A DNA stretch of 16,577 bases from a virus (IMGVR_UViG_2671180846_000036:1-16577), one strand, 5' to 3'. Shown: positions 1 to 8,133, counted from the first letter of the stretch. Made by a program: numbers and translations. The notes: generated by a model from the letters alone, not told the origin.

Positions 1-1314
1 CTAACCCACTGATTTTAATAGGCCTCCTGTGTCACTTTGGTGACTATGGGACATCATTGGGACATAATCTGCCAGCTTCTGATTCAGCATTGCTATCTGT
101 TCTGCATTGCTGTCAGTCATCCATGCTCCGTATACATTGAACACCATCTGGGCACTTGCATGGCCCATCTGGCTGGCAATGAAGCTTGGATTTGCTCCGG
201 CAGATAATGACCAGCACGCATAAGTGTGTCGTGACTGGTATGCCTTTCGATGCCTGATGCCTGCACGTTTAATGGCTGTTTCCCATGAGTCGCCAATGGA
301 ATCTACCTTGTAGATAAAACCTACCTGTTTGCTTTTTCTAACCACCTGGGGGTTAAATACGAAAGTACATTCATGATTCACTGAACGTCCATATTCACGT
401 AGTTGAACCTTGATGTGGTGCTGCTTACCCAGTCTTGTCATTTCAGCCTGATTTTTCAGGACATTGATAGCGGGCTGGATAAGATGCACAACCCTGTTTG
501 TACTTGCTTCAGTTTTAGGTAGAGTGAACTCACCGAGTTTCGTATAATTGCGCCTGATAGTAATTGTTCCTGCTTTCAGATCGATATCTTCCCAGGCTAG
601 GGAGACCAGTTCACCATGACGCATTCCTGTGTACACAGCCAATGACCACAGGTTTTTTGTCTGCTGATGCCGGCAAGCATCTATCAGGCGAATAAATTCG
701 TCACGAGTTAGCGGATCTGGCTCTGCCCTGGCTCTTTTGAGAGGCTTAATTCCCTCGAAGGGATTTGCTTCTAAGTAACCGTGATCTGCAGCAAACTGAA
801 ACATTCCAGCGATTGTCGTCATATAATAATTTACAGTAACGACGCTCCGTCCTCTTGCTGGTGCTTTGTCTTTCGTTGAATTCTGATATCCGGTCAGCAA
901 ATCTTTCCTGATATACAGCAATTCCTCTTTGGTCACCGTTGACACCAGTCTGCTACCTCCAATTTTCGGAACCATCGTTCTTGCAACGGATTCATAGCGA
1001 TTGAATGCATTTGCAGAGATTTCCATGCGTTTCAGATCCAGCCACTTTTCTTCAAGCTCTTTCACCGTAATTTCTTTTTTATTTACCCCAAAAGCCTTGA
1101 GGTTAGGAGAGTCAGGGAACTGCGCAGCGTAATCAAAGTTTCCTGTACGAATGGCAAAACATACAGATGTCCGCAGCTCTCCGGCGATCTTCCTGTTCTT
1201 GGCAGTGTCAGGGACACCAAGGTTTTCCCTGACACGTTTACCTTTAAAATTAAACCAGATGCGTAATGTGCCACCGTGGTTTTCGACGCCTGTTGGATAT
1301 TTGACTTTATCCAT
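1..1314 (-). CDS. int: Tyrosine-type site-specific integrase (phage integrase family), 437 aa
   Basis: Full ORF; stop codon TAG is the reverse complement of cta at 1-3. The C-terminal catalytic region carries the RHTYA box (HxxR) and a downstream Tyr in the VYGAW context, typical of lambda-type integrases. Position at the prophage edge next to an excisionase-like gene. Confidence 0.9.
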   Translation of the reverse strand: MDKVKYPTGVENHGGTLRIWFNFKGKRVRENLGVPDTAKNRKIAGELRTSVCFAIRTGNFDYAAQFPDSPNLKAFGVNKKEITVKELEEKWLDLKRMEISANAFNRYESVARTMVPKIGGSRLVSTVTKEELLYIRKDLLTGYQNSTKDKAPARGRSVVTVNYYMTTIAGMFQFAADHGYLEANPFEGIKPLKRARAEPDPLTRDEFIRLIDACRHQQTKNLWSLAVYTGMRHGELVSLAWEDIDLKAGTITIRRNYTKLGEFTLPKTEASTNRVVHLIQPAINVLKNQAEMTRLGKQHHIKVQLREYGRSVNHECTFVFNPQVVRKSKQVGFIYKVDSIGDSWETAIKRAGIRHRKAYQSRHTYACWSLSAGANPSFIASQMGHASAQMVFNVYGAWMTDSNAEQIAMLNQKLADYVPMMSHSHQSDTGGLLKSVG

Positions 1315-1369
1315 CGATACCTCCAGACGCCCAAGAGCGATACGAGCTTACATATTTCATGGTATTAAA

Positions 1370-1606
1370 TCACCTGGGTTGTTTGTTTTTCATTGAAGCG
1401 ACCCAGGCATCGATTGCTTTTCTGTTATACATACATTCGCTGGAAGGTTTTGGATTACCGTCAGGCGATACGTGAATATACTCTCTTCCTACCATCCAGC
1501 ATTCTTTCCGGGCCCGGAGAATTGTGCCTGGTTTGAGCCCGGTAATTGCGATAAGAACGCTTTCACAAACCCATTCATTGGGAGCCAGTTGAATCACATT
1601 GCCCAT
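1370..1606 (-). CDS. Excisionase-like small DNA-binding protein, 78 aa
   Basis: Small basic protein immediately upstream of int on the same strand. The pattern NEW...LKPGTILRARKECWMVGREYIHV resembles the lambda Xis / putative-excisionase winged-helix signature (..EW......RRW.REC.I....GREY..). GAGGTAA RBS 8 nt upstream of the ATG. Confidence 0.6.
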   Translation of the reverse strand: MGNVIQLAPNEWVCESVLIAITGLKPGTILRARKECWMVGREYIHVSPDGNPKPSSECMYNRKAIDAWVASMKNKQPR

Positions 1607-1614
1607 GCATTACC

Positions 1615-1761
1615 TCACACAACACTCAGCCCACGGCAGTGGCACCACACATCAAACATTCGTTTTACAATTTCACGGCAGTAGAAACCGTCAACATCTC
1701 GCGTCAGGTCATAGCGATTGCCGTAACGCTGGCGTACCCATAGCTCAAACGCTTTATTCAT
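1615..1761 (-). CDS. Small hypothetical protein, 48 aa (MNKAFELWVRQRYGNRYDLTRDVDGFYCREIVKRMFDVWCHCRGLSVV); absent from the supplied ORF track
   Basis: Translated by hand on the minus strand. ATG at 1759-1761 lies 3 nt after the TAA stop (1765-1767) of the upstream gene, with an AAGGAAG RBS 7 nt upstream; its TGA stop is 8 nt before the xis ATG. It fills an otherwise unexplained gap in a tightly packed operon. Confidence 0.35.
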   Translation of the reverse strand: MNKAFELWVRQRYGNRYDLTRDVDGFYCREIVKRMFDVWCHCRGLSVV

Positions 1762-1764
1762 TTT

Positions 1765-2007
1765 TTACTTCCTTTGCATGGCTCGTAATTTCTTCAGATG
1801 AGTTTCCTGCTCTGTTTCTGCCAGAATTTGTAGGTATTCCTGATGATCGAGCCGTTCAAACGTTTCATTAAAATCGTTTATTTTTACCGACTGTGTTCGC
1901 CCATCCATTCTTCTGTACAACACGGTGTTATTTATGCAGCGAATAATTCTTACCGGGTAACCGGCACTGTCGGTATACAGTTGTCCCTGATTAATCAAAG
2001 CGAACAT
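1765..2007 (-). CDS. Hypothetical protein, 80 aa (start trimmed to the internal ATG beginning MFALINQ)
   Basis: The long ORF 1765..2148 overlaps the upstream gene; the internal ATG at 2005-2007 is preceded by AGGAGAA. No recognisable motif. Confidence 0.45.
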   Translation of the reverse strand: MFALINQGQLYTDSAGYPVRIIRCINNTVLYRRMDGRTQSVKINDFNETFERLDHQEYLQILAETEQETHLKKLRAMQRK

Positions 2008-2038
2008 TTTTTCTCCTGCTCTCTGAATAGTGAGAACT

Positions 2039-2398
2039 TCAGAGTCGTATGTTTGTAGCGGGTTCAATGCTGATGATTTCTGCTGAGATAAGCATCCCGG
2101 CAAGCCAGAGCTCTCCGGACAGGTTTTCATCCTTGCATTCCAGTCCACCGATATTAATGGTGGCTATGATATCGCGCTCATCCTCGACTTCTTCATAAGG
2201 CAGCGTTGCGTACAGGCTTTCAATAGCGCAACTGATAACATCCAGTCCGGTCAGATTGCCGCCGACAGTAACTTCGAATGTTTCGCGGTATTCCCATAAC
2301 CCGAAAGTTAATCGAACGGTTTGTTTTGCCATGCGTCCGCATGACGTCAGATTCGGGTCATAGTTCATTATTTGCGGTTGGGCATTATGGGTGTTCAT
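2039..2398 (-). CDS. Hypothetical protein, about 119 aa (start trimmed to MNTHNAQ)
   Basis: ORF 2039..2470 overlaps the 3' end of the SPFH gene; the internal ATG at 2396-2398 is preceded by AAGGGAAAAG. No recognisable motif. Confidence 0.45.
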   Translation of the reverse strand: MNTHNAQPQIMNYDPNLTSCGRMAKQTVRLTFGLWEYRETFEVTVGGNLTGLDVISCAIESLYATLPYEEVEDERDIIATINIGGLECKDENLSGELWLAGMLISAEIISIEPATNIRL

Positions 2399-2438
2399 CT
2401 GCTTTTCCCTTAGCCCGGCGGCCTGCCGGGCATATAAG

Positions 2439-3266
2439 TTATTTAACCTGGATAAATGGTGTATTAGCACCGCTGGTCATGTATTGCGGCAGTGTGCCGT
2501 TCCATTTATTGATGGCTTCCAGCTCCATAACGCCGGGGTTCTGGCGCAGAGCTTCACCGCGTAAACGAATAGCATCAGCTTCGGCCTGGGCTTTTGTGCG
2601 AATCGCATCAGCCTGTCCGGCAGCTTCTGCGCGCAACATATTGGCTTCCGCTTCGCGCTGTTTTACTTCCTGCTCGCGCTGCAGTGTTTTCTGGTTCGCC
2701 GTGACTTTGGCATTAATGCTGTCGATAACGGTTGGCGGGTACTCCGGCTTACCCACATATGAGAGGCTCATTACCTGAATGCCGATAGGTGTCATCTCTG
2801 CCTGAATGTCTTTAAGAGCTTCATCCAGCAGCTCAGACTTGCCGCCGTCGATAAATTTGTCAGTGGTCATTTTGCTGGCCAGTCGGTTGAGTGCGTCGGC
2901 GATCTTCTGGCGCAGGTCAGTGTCGGTAATGTCATCCACGCCTTTGCGGTAGGTCTGAAACACCGTGGTAACTTTGGATGGATCAACTTTGTAGGCCACA
3001 CCGATGTGATAGCCGATGGTTGTACCGTCACTCATCTGGAAACTGAACGGTTCATCGTAGGTCTTCATTTGTTTGAAGGTGGGGAAGATATAAACTTCAG
3101 TATTCCAGCCAGTCCAGTAGCGACCAACACCGACCACCTCACCGACGCCTTTGTCGTCGCCCAGTTTATTTACCTTGATGCCAACATTACCTGGTTCAAC
3201 GCGATCGCAACCGACAAGGCCAATAGTCGGCAGAACAATGGCTAAAGCAAAAATAATTTTTTTCAT
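2439..3266 (-). CDS. SPFH/band-7 (prohibitin/stomatin-like) domain lipoprotein, 275 aa
   Basis: N-terminal lipoprotein signal peptide MKKIIFALAIVLPTIGLVGC with lipobox LVGC. Central beta-rich region followed by a long Ala/Glu/Arg/Gln-rich coiled-coil (REQEVKQREAEANMLRAEAAGQADAIRTKAQAEADAIRLRGEAL), the typical SPFH architecture. Start overlaps the stop of the upstream membrane-protein gene (ATGA). Confidence 0.75.
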   Translation of the reverse strand: MKKIIFALAIVLPTIGLVGCDRVEPGNVGIKVNKLGDDKGVGEVVGVGRYWTGWNTEVYIFPTFKQMKTYDEPFSFQMSDGTTIGYHIGVAYKVDPSKVTTVFQTYRKGVDDITDTDLRQKIADALNRLASKMTTDKFIDGGKSELLDEALKDIQAEMTPIGIQVMSLSYVGKPEYPPTVIDSINAKVTANQKTLQREQEVKQREAEANMLRAEAAGQADAIRTKAQAEADAIRLRGEALRQNPGVMELEAINKWNGTLPQYMTSGANTPFIQVK

Positions 3267-3451
3267 CTTTTATCCTTAGTGAAAGAAAGACCCTTGTAAA
3301 TGGCATAAATGCAGGGCGGGGTCAGAAACGCCAGTGCAAAGCCAGAAATAACTGCTATCGTATCCTTCATGGATATAAGGAACGGAACGAGTAATCCGTA
3401 AATGCATGCGATAATTGCCAGTGATATGACTATTCTGAAATAAATATTCAT
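3263..3451 (-). CDS. Small integral membrane protein, 62 aa, two predicted TM helices
   Basis: Two hydrophobic stretches (IVISLAIIACIYGLLVPFLI and IAVISGFALAFLTPPCIYAIY) with a basic C-terminal tail. Translationally coupled to the SPFH gene (ATGA overlaps at both ends). Confidence 0.6.
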   Translation of the reverse strand: MNIYFRIVISLAIIACIYGLLVPFLISMKDTIAVISGFALAFLTPPCIYAIYKGLSFTKDKR

Positions 3452-3726
3452 GCTCCTCCTGATATCTTTCTGATTGCCTTTTTCAACTTTTTACTGTTAT
3501 TCACGCTACAGTAAATTTCGGCAATCTCACGTGATAACATTATTTCTCCACTGTTTTTATCTATAGCAACGAGACTGGAATTGTCTCGTATGAGTTTCTT
3601 TATCATTGGCATTGCCATAAACTCTTCTGGCGTATAGATGCGTGTATGGCGGCGAACGTGTTTTATTACAGGTGTTTTATGTTTTGACTCAACCTGAAAT
3701 ACATTAATTTTATTCTGATTTGACAT
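3448..3726 (-). CDS. Hypothetical basic protein, 92 aa
   Basis: Complete ORF, ATG at 3724-3726 two nucleotides after the stop of the upstream gene; Lys/Arg-rich. No recognisable motif. Confidence 0.5.
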   Translation of the reverse strand: MSNQNKINVFQVESKHKTPVIKHVRRHTRIYTPEEFMAMPMIKKLIRDNSSLVAIDKNSGEIMLSREIAEIYCSVNNSKKLKKAIRKISGGA

Positions 3727-3728
3727 AT

Positions 3729-4310
3729 TTAATGTGCCACTGGTGTTTCTGGCATACCATGAGTATTCAGATCGTGAATCATTTCATCCAGAAGGAGTTC
3801 AAGCCCTTCGCGCCCCATAGCAGAAACAATGAAACCATTATCAGGATCTGCGATGAGCATATTTTGATAGAGAAACAGAACTCGCCCCATGCCTTCAGCT
3901 TCGCCATATTTTTCAATAAATCCCCATTCGACATGGTTTTGCAGGGCAATGCGAAGTGGTCCTGGGTATATACTCATGCAACCATGCTTCCCCTTATAAA
4001 TAACTGCGCGATCTGTAGTTCCGTCATCGTTAGGGATATCAATGGTGCCGTTCTTGCCTTCTTCTTCATTTATAAACGTCGTCACATACAGCCATCGCCA
4101 TTGAGCAATCTTCATATCGACTGAAAATCGTCCCAGTAATCCGGCATCATCGGCTTCAGCAATACATTGCATAATTCTTAAACCGTGAGAATTTGGATAA
4201 TCGTATTCACCATCATTAAGCCGCTGTACGGCCTCAACATAATCAATGGTTGTATTGCCCATTTTTATGCCATGTGGCGTAACTTCTGGTCGGAACTCTG
4301 AATGATTCAT
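3729..4310 (-). CDS. Hypothetical protein, 194 aa (start trimmed to MNHSEFRPEV)
   Basis: ATG at 4308-4310 overlaps the TGA stop of the upstream 67-aa gene (ATGA) and is preceded by AAGGAG 7 nt upstream. Acidic protein with no recognisable motif. Confidence 0.55.
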   Translation of the reverse strand: MNHSEFRPEVTPHGIKMGNTTIDYVEAVQRLNDGEYDYPNSHGLRIMQCIAEADDAGLLGRFSVDMKIAQWRWLYVTTFINEEEGKNGTIDIPNDDGTTDRAVIYKGKHGCMSIYPGPLRIALQNHVEWGFIEKYGEAEGMGRVLFLYQNMLIADPDNGFIVSAMGREGLELLLDEMIHDLNTHGMPETPVAH

Positions 4311-4510
4311 AATGTTTGCTCCTTTGCTGGTGGAATAATCGTGTAACCCGCTCTTTTTGCCATCCACAGAAATGTATCCATGCAGCCAACGAATTCATTA
4401 TCCAACAGATGTTTTGAGTAAATTACTTCACCATTTTCAATGGTTAGCAACACTCTTACTTTTTTATGTGTTATGTTTTGTTGTTTTTCTTCCATTGACT
4501 TATCTCCCAT
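4307..4510 (-). CDS. Hypothetical small protein, 67 aa, first gene of a five-gene leftward operon
   Basis: Complete ORF with a roughly 180-nt AT-rich upstream region (4511-4691) that probably carries the promoter; stop overlaps the next start. Confidence 0.45.
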   Translation of the reverse strand: MGDKSMEEKQQNITHKKVRVLLTIENGEVIYSKHLLDNEFVGCMDTFLWMAKRAGYTIIPPAKEQTL

Positions 4511-4691
4511 ATGCTTTGCGCAAATACAGGTTAGCTATATGAAGATAAGAATCTCCATGTTGTGCAATGAGGCAGGCAGTTTTATACGATGCCTTATGTT
4601 TCAGGAAAATCATAACATAATCTCCTGCGAATAAAGGTTGCAATAATCCCCGGCGATAAAACCGTAATAAACATTCAGGGAATATTTATTG

Positions 4692-5057
4692 TTATTGCGC
4701 TAATTCTTTTTCGGCAGCAGCTTTTGCATATTCACATGCAAAATTTAGAATTTCGCTGCCAAGTGTTTTTGTTTCGTGATTACTTGACATATGTAATACC
4801 TGTGTTGCATGCAATAAATGATAAACATTTACCGCAAATGAGTCCGGCTCCAGACAAATGCCTTCATAATCATCTTGTTGTGAGGTTGTTTCTGTCATTG
4901 CTCCTGAAGTGCATGCGAGCCTGTTTTTGACAATTCTCTTTCCTCTAATCACTATATCGGCAACATCTATTGCCTTTACAACCTCCGGGAGAAGTTCCGG
5001 GTTTGTATAATCAAAGTTATCAACATGGAGAACAGTTATGTTTTCGAACTTTTTCAT
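4692..5057 (-). CDS. Hypothetical protein, 121 aa
   Basis: Complete ORF in an AT-rich segment; no recognisable motif. Confidence 0.5.
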   Translation of the reverse strand: MKKFENITVLHVDNFDYTNPELLPEVVKAIDVADIVIRGKRIVKNRLACTSGAMTETTSQQDDYEGICLEPDSFAVNVYHLLHATQVLHMSSNHETKTLGSEILNFACEYAKAAAEKELAQ

Positions 5058-5185
5058 GGCTTCCTCAGCTGACTTATATGTTCTGCTATATAGCGAGTCT
5101 CAGAAGTGTTTTCATATTGAGACTGTTTCCGCAATGATCGATAAAAATGTTCGCATGTACCTTGAGGGGCGAAGCGGTGATTATG

Positions 5186-5734
5186 TCACCATTGGTATTG
5201 GTTCTTCCTTAGAAGAGCTTCGCGAGATAAGGAGCAAACTTGTTGAGATGCGTCATGGTGTTGCTGCTCCTCACTTTTTGGTTGCTCCGGAGGAGTAACC
5301 TCGCCAGTTAACAGCCACATCGGATCGCAGCCAAGAATATTTGCCAGTGGGATAAGCATACTGATAGTTGGTTCATACTCTCCGCTCTCCCACTGGATGA
5401 TAATTTCTTCATCGAGATCGAGCAGCCTGGCGAGTTCGGCGGTTGTTAAGCCGCAGGCTTCGCGTTGGGGGCGAAGGTTAACCAGCCAGCTTTCAGGGAA
5501 GGATTGTTTTTGTTGTGCAGGAGAAGCAGCAGATAGAGCATATTCATGGATAAATTCCATTACCTCAATGCCCAGTTCCTTTGAGCGAGCACAATCCAGA
5601 AGATGGAATGTGCGTACAGCACTTAGCAAATTTGCAATATTTAATGCAAAGGAATCAAGTTCTAAGCCCTTAAGCGTAACACAGCCGCAGTTGATAAAAT
5701 TAGTTGTTTCTGGAGTTGCGTTTAGTGTCTTCAT
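5186..5734 (-). CDS. XRE/Cro-C1-type HTH domain protein, 182 aa
   Basis: Segment LTTAELARLLDLDEEIIIQWESGEYEPTISMLIPLANILGCDPMWLL matches the XRE-family HTH pattern (helix, turn, QWE.G...P....L..LA..L). The HTH sits in the C-terminal half, which is atypical. Confidence 0.55.
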   Translation of the reverse strand: MKTLNATPETTNFINCGCVTLKGLELDSFALNIANLLSAVRTFHLLDCARSKELGIEVMEFIHEYALSAASPAQQKQSFPESWLVNLRPQREACGLTTAELARLLDLDEEIIIQWESGEYEPTISMLIPLANILGCDPMWLLTGEVTPPEQPKSEEQQHHDASQQVCSLSREALLRKNQYQW

Positions 5735-5843
5735 ATATCCACCAACAATTTTAAATTGAATTAAATCAAGTTATAATTGATGGTGCGATATTATGCTTTG
5801 AGAAATAGGCTGTCAAGAAAAAATTGATATTGTGTGTTTTAGG

Positions 5844-5868
5844 CAGAAAAAAACGGGCAAAGCCCGTT
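5844..5868 (-). terminator. Rho-independent terminator downstream of the repressor gene
   Basis: Plus strand aaaaaaa-AACGGGC-aaa-GCCCGTT; on the minus-strand transcript this is a 7-bp GC-rich stem, 3-nt loop, then a U7 tract, about 12 nt after the cI-like stop. Confidence 0.55.
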
Positions 5869-5879
5869 AAAATCAAAGA

Positions 5880-6575
5880 CTAACCAAATCTGTTTATATT
5901 GAATGGTACTGATGAGATCACTTTAGACTGGATATAAAGCAGAGCTAACCCCTCTTTTTCGATGCTCCATGGTTGATAATTGGGGTTATCAGATAACACC
6001 ATGATTTTGCTTCCAATTTTCTGAAGTCTTTTTACGTAGCATTCTCCATCAAAACAAAATGCATAAATGCCATCGCCATCAAAATAAGTTACTGTCTTAT
6101 CAAGAAAAAGAAGGTCGCCAGGTGAGATTGTGGGAGCCATACTGTCTCCTCTGGCGTTACCTATTTCTATATTTTTGAATGCCCGATTTCCAACAAGGCG
6201 TCGGGCATATTCAGGGTCAAGTTCTATTGAGCGCACTACATCTATCAAGTCACCACGGACATGAGTTCCATCACCGCAACTAAACTCAACATCAAGGACA
6301 TTAAACACGACGCTATCTGTTCTTGTCTGGTGTTTCTCTTGCGAGGAAAAGGTTGGTGAGGAGTCTTCACCTAAGAACCAGGATTGTGGATAACCGCTAA
6401 TCTCTGATAAATGCGCGAGCTTATCACTCCGTGGAAATGTTTTTCCTGTTGTCCAATACTGCACTGATTGCGCACTCACACCTAACTTGCGGGCCAGTTG
6501 AGCCTGAGTCCATCCTTTTGCTTTCAGCATTGCGGCTATTCGATTTTCCGTGTTTTTGACGTTCTTCATAACCAA
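5880..6575 (-). CDS. cI: CI-like phage repressor (N-terminal HTH, C-terminal S24 LexA-like autopeptidase), 231 aa
   Basis: N-terminal HTH (WTQAQLARKLGVSAQSVQYWTTGKTFP). The C-terminal domain carries the S24 catalytic Ser in GDSMAPT and the Lys in YVKRL. Divergent from a Cro-like gene across a 127-bp repeat-containing intergenic region. Confidence 0.9.
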   Translation of the reverse strand: MVMKNVKNTENRIAAMLKAKGWTQAQLARKLGVSAQSVQYWTTGKTFPRSDKLAHLSEISGYPQSWFLGEDSSPTFSSQEKHQTRTDSVVFNVLDVEFSCGDGTHVRGDLIDVVRSIELDPEYARRLVGNRAFKNIEIGNARGDSMAPTISPGDLLFLDKTVTYFDGDGIYAFCFDGECYVKRLQKIGSKIMVLSDNPNYQPWSIEKEGLALLYIQSKVISSVPFNINRFG

Positions 6576-6702
6576 ATCCTGTGGGTTTCTTTACAAGGAT
6601 AAATCTTTACTTGATTTTAGTGTATTCGATCCTTTTGTAACTTGCATGTTAATTTAAACTTGATGTATTCTTGATTCATAAAGTTAATATTGGTGCTTTG
6701 TT
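6576..6702. promoter_or_regulatory. Immunity-switch intergenic region (putative divergent promoters and operators)
   Basis: AT-rich 127-bp region between divergent cI-like and cro-like genes. Contains the imperfect inverted pair TACAAGGAT / ATCCTTTTGTA and several copies of ACTTGAT / CTTGATT. Exact operator half-sites and -10/-35 boxes were not resolved. Confidence 0.5.
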
Positions 6703-7002
6703 ATGAAAGGAAATGATTACGACAAACTTCGTGCATTAATTGCGCAAAATGCCATAGCGCGAAATCTTGGTGTGACGCCGCAAGCGGTGAATCAGTGGTT
6801 TTCAAAAAACACAATTCCTGCTCGTTTCGTTTTACGCGTATGTGAAGTAGTTGCATGGAAGGTCACGCCACATGGCTTAAGGCCAGATCTTTATCCTCAC
6901 CCTGAAGATGGAATTCCTGATTCGTTACGCAAAATTTCAAATCCAAGCTTAGCGCGCACGGAAGATGGGCAGAGTGATTTATCAGAAATGTCCACGCGAT
7001 GA
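6703..7002 (+). CDS. Cro-like HTH regulator, 99 aa
   Basis: Small protein with HTH (AIARNLGVTPQAVNQWFSKNTIP) transcribed divergently from the cI-like gene, in the canonical cro position. Short leader and weak SD. Confidence 0.7.
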   Translation: MKGNDYDKLRALIAQNAIARNLGVTPQAVNQWFSKNTIPARFVLRVCEVVAWKVTPHGLRPDLYPHPEDGIPDSLRKISNPSLARTEDGQSDLSEMSTR

Positions 7003-7078
7003 ACGGTTACTGAACGAAAAAAGAAAAGCCGGGCCGCATTCCGTCAGCCCGACTTATTCTGATTAGTAAGGGGATTTC

Positions 7079-7924
7079 ATGATGATCAATAAACAAAAAT
7101 TAGTCAACCCTGAAAACCTGCCAGTTATTGCTGGTGTAGAAATTTCAACTGATATGGTTGGGCGCTTTAATCTGAATGCATTGCATCGAGCCAGCGGTCT
7201 TGGCCCCAATAAAGCTCCGACGCAGTGGTTGCGTACTCAGTCAGCTAAACAACTTATTGAAGAGCTGGAAAAAGAAACTATGCAGAATTGCATAGTTTCA
7301 CTGGAAGGGCGGAATGGCGGTACTTTTGCGCACGAACTGCTTGCTGTTGAATATGCAGGATGGATTTCTCCTGCGTTCCGGTTGCAGGTGAACCAGACTT
7401 TTATTGACTATCGTACTGGCAAACTTACAGCGGGCAATAATCAGTTACCCAATTTTGACGATCCGATCGCTGCTGCTGAAGCGTGGATTGAGGCCAGAAA
7501 AGCCGAACGCCTTGCTCTCGGGTATGTAGAGCGTCAGGCTCGCTACATCAACAAACTTGAAAGCCATCTCGCCGATGGCATCACTCCTGTGCAGTTCTGC
7601 AAACAACTCAACGGTGTAAACACTCGTCAGATTAATGCGTTCCTTGAAGAGCGTAACTGGCTGTATGACGACCGTCCGGAGGCGATGTATCCGCGCTGGC
7701 GTGTAAAAGCGTATGCACGTGACCAATACCTGACTGAGCGTTCTGGGCAGGTTGAGCAGGAAAACGGGGAAATGCGCGAGATTTTCAAACCACTCCTGAA
7801 GAAAAAAGGTGCCGCCTGGTTATATCGCCATTATCTGAACGGCGAACTACCGATGAAGAAAACATGGGATGGGCTATTTACCCATAACACTGAGCTCGCG
7901 AATCTTTTACAGGAGAACAAATGA
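7079..7924 (+). CDS. KilA-N domain protein with C-terminal antirepressor-like region, 281 aa
   Basis: N-terminal segment FNLNALHRASG...GGTFAHELLAVEYAGWISPAFRLQV matches the KilA-N signature as I recall it (GTWxHP.LA...A.WlSP.F). AAGGGGA RBS upstream; stop overlaps the next gene start. Confidence 0.6.
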   Translation: MMINKQKLVNPENLPVIAGVEISTDMVGRFNLNALHRASGLGPNKAPTQWLRTQSAKQLIEELEKETMQNCIVSLEGRNGGTFAHELLAVEYAGWISPAFRLQVNQTFIDYRTGKLTAGNNQLPNFDDPIAAAEAWIEARKAERLALGYVERQARYINKLESHLADGITPVQFCKQLNGVNTRQINAFLEERNWLYDDRPEAMYPRWRVKAYARDQYLTERSGQVEQENGEMREIFKPLLKKKGAAWLYRHYLNGELPMKKTWDGLFTHNTELANLLQENK

Positions 7925-8133
7925 TGCAAACCAAGACGTGTGTAACTGGTGATGTCGATCTGAAACCTTGCCCGTTCTGCGGAAATCCGGAAGTACAACT
8001 CATTGAGGTGAAATATTTTCTGGATGGCGATGATGGTTATTACGTCGCATGTACTTGCTGTAACGCAAACCAGATTCCTGATTCGAAAGAACGTGCCGTT
8101 CATGACTGGAACCAGCGCGAAAACGTGGATTAA
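7921..8133 (+). CDS. Small zinc-ribbon protein, Lar-like (putative restriction alleviation), 70 aa
   Basis: Two Cys pairs (LKPCPFCG ... CTCC). The LKPCPFCG motif and size fit the Lar-family restriction-alleviation proteins of Rac-type prophages as I recall them. Translationally coupled (ATGATG) to the upstream gene. Confidence 0.5.
   Translation: MMQTKTCVTGDVDLKPCPFCGNPEVQLIEVKYFLDGDDGYYVACTCCNANQIPDSKERAVHDWNQRENVD

Noticed and set aside
1083-1396. ORFs 1083..1334 (minus) and 1151..1396 (plus) overlapping the integrase 5' end
   Set aside because: They are embedded in or antisense to the well-supported integrase gene; no RBS or motif support.
1472-2058. Plus-strand ORFs 1472..1684, 1599..1871 and 1843..2058
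   Set aside because: Antisense to the coupled minus-strand xis/accessory genes; no independent support.
2399-2438. GC-rich inverted repeat (CCCGGC ... GCCGGG) downstream of the SPFH gene
   Set aside because: A hairpin is possible but no U-tract follows on the minus-strand transcript; it could be an RNA stability element, but there is not enough evidence to annotate it.
2278-2778. Plus-strand ORF 2278..2778 (166 aa)
   Set aside because: Antisense to the SPFH gene coiled-coil region; the Ala/Ser/Arg-rich translation is typical of reverse-frame artefacts of Ala/Glu-rich coding sequence.
3006-4634. Plus-strand ORFs 3006..3245, 3720..4124, 4357..4542 and 4440..4634
   Set aside because: All are antisense to the tightly coupled five-gene minus-strand operon or lie in its promoter region; no RBS support.
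4724-5759. Plus-strand ORFs 4724..4930, 5038..5298 and 5397..5759
   Set aside because: Antisense to or overlapping better-supported minus-strand genes. 5038..5298 spans an intergenic gap but has no RBS and overlaps both neighbours.
7021-7060. Possible terminator after the cro-like gene (CCGGGC ... GCCCG)
   Set aside because: The stem is only about 5 bp with a 12-nt loop and no clean T-tract; too weak to call.
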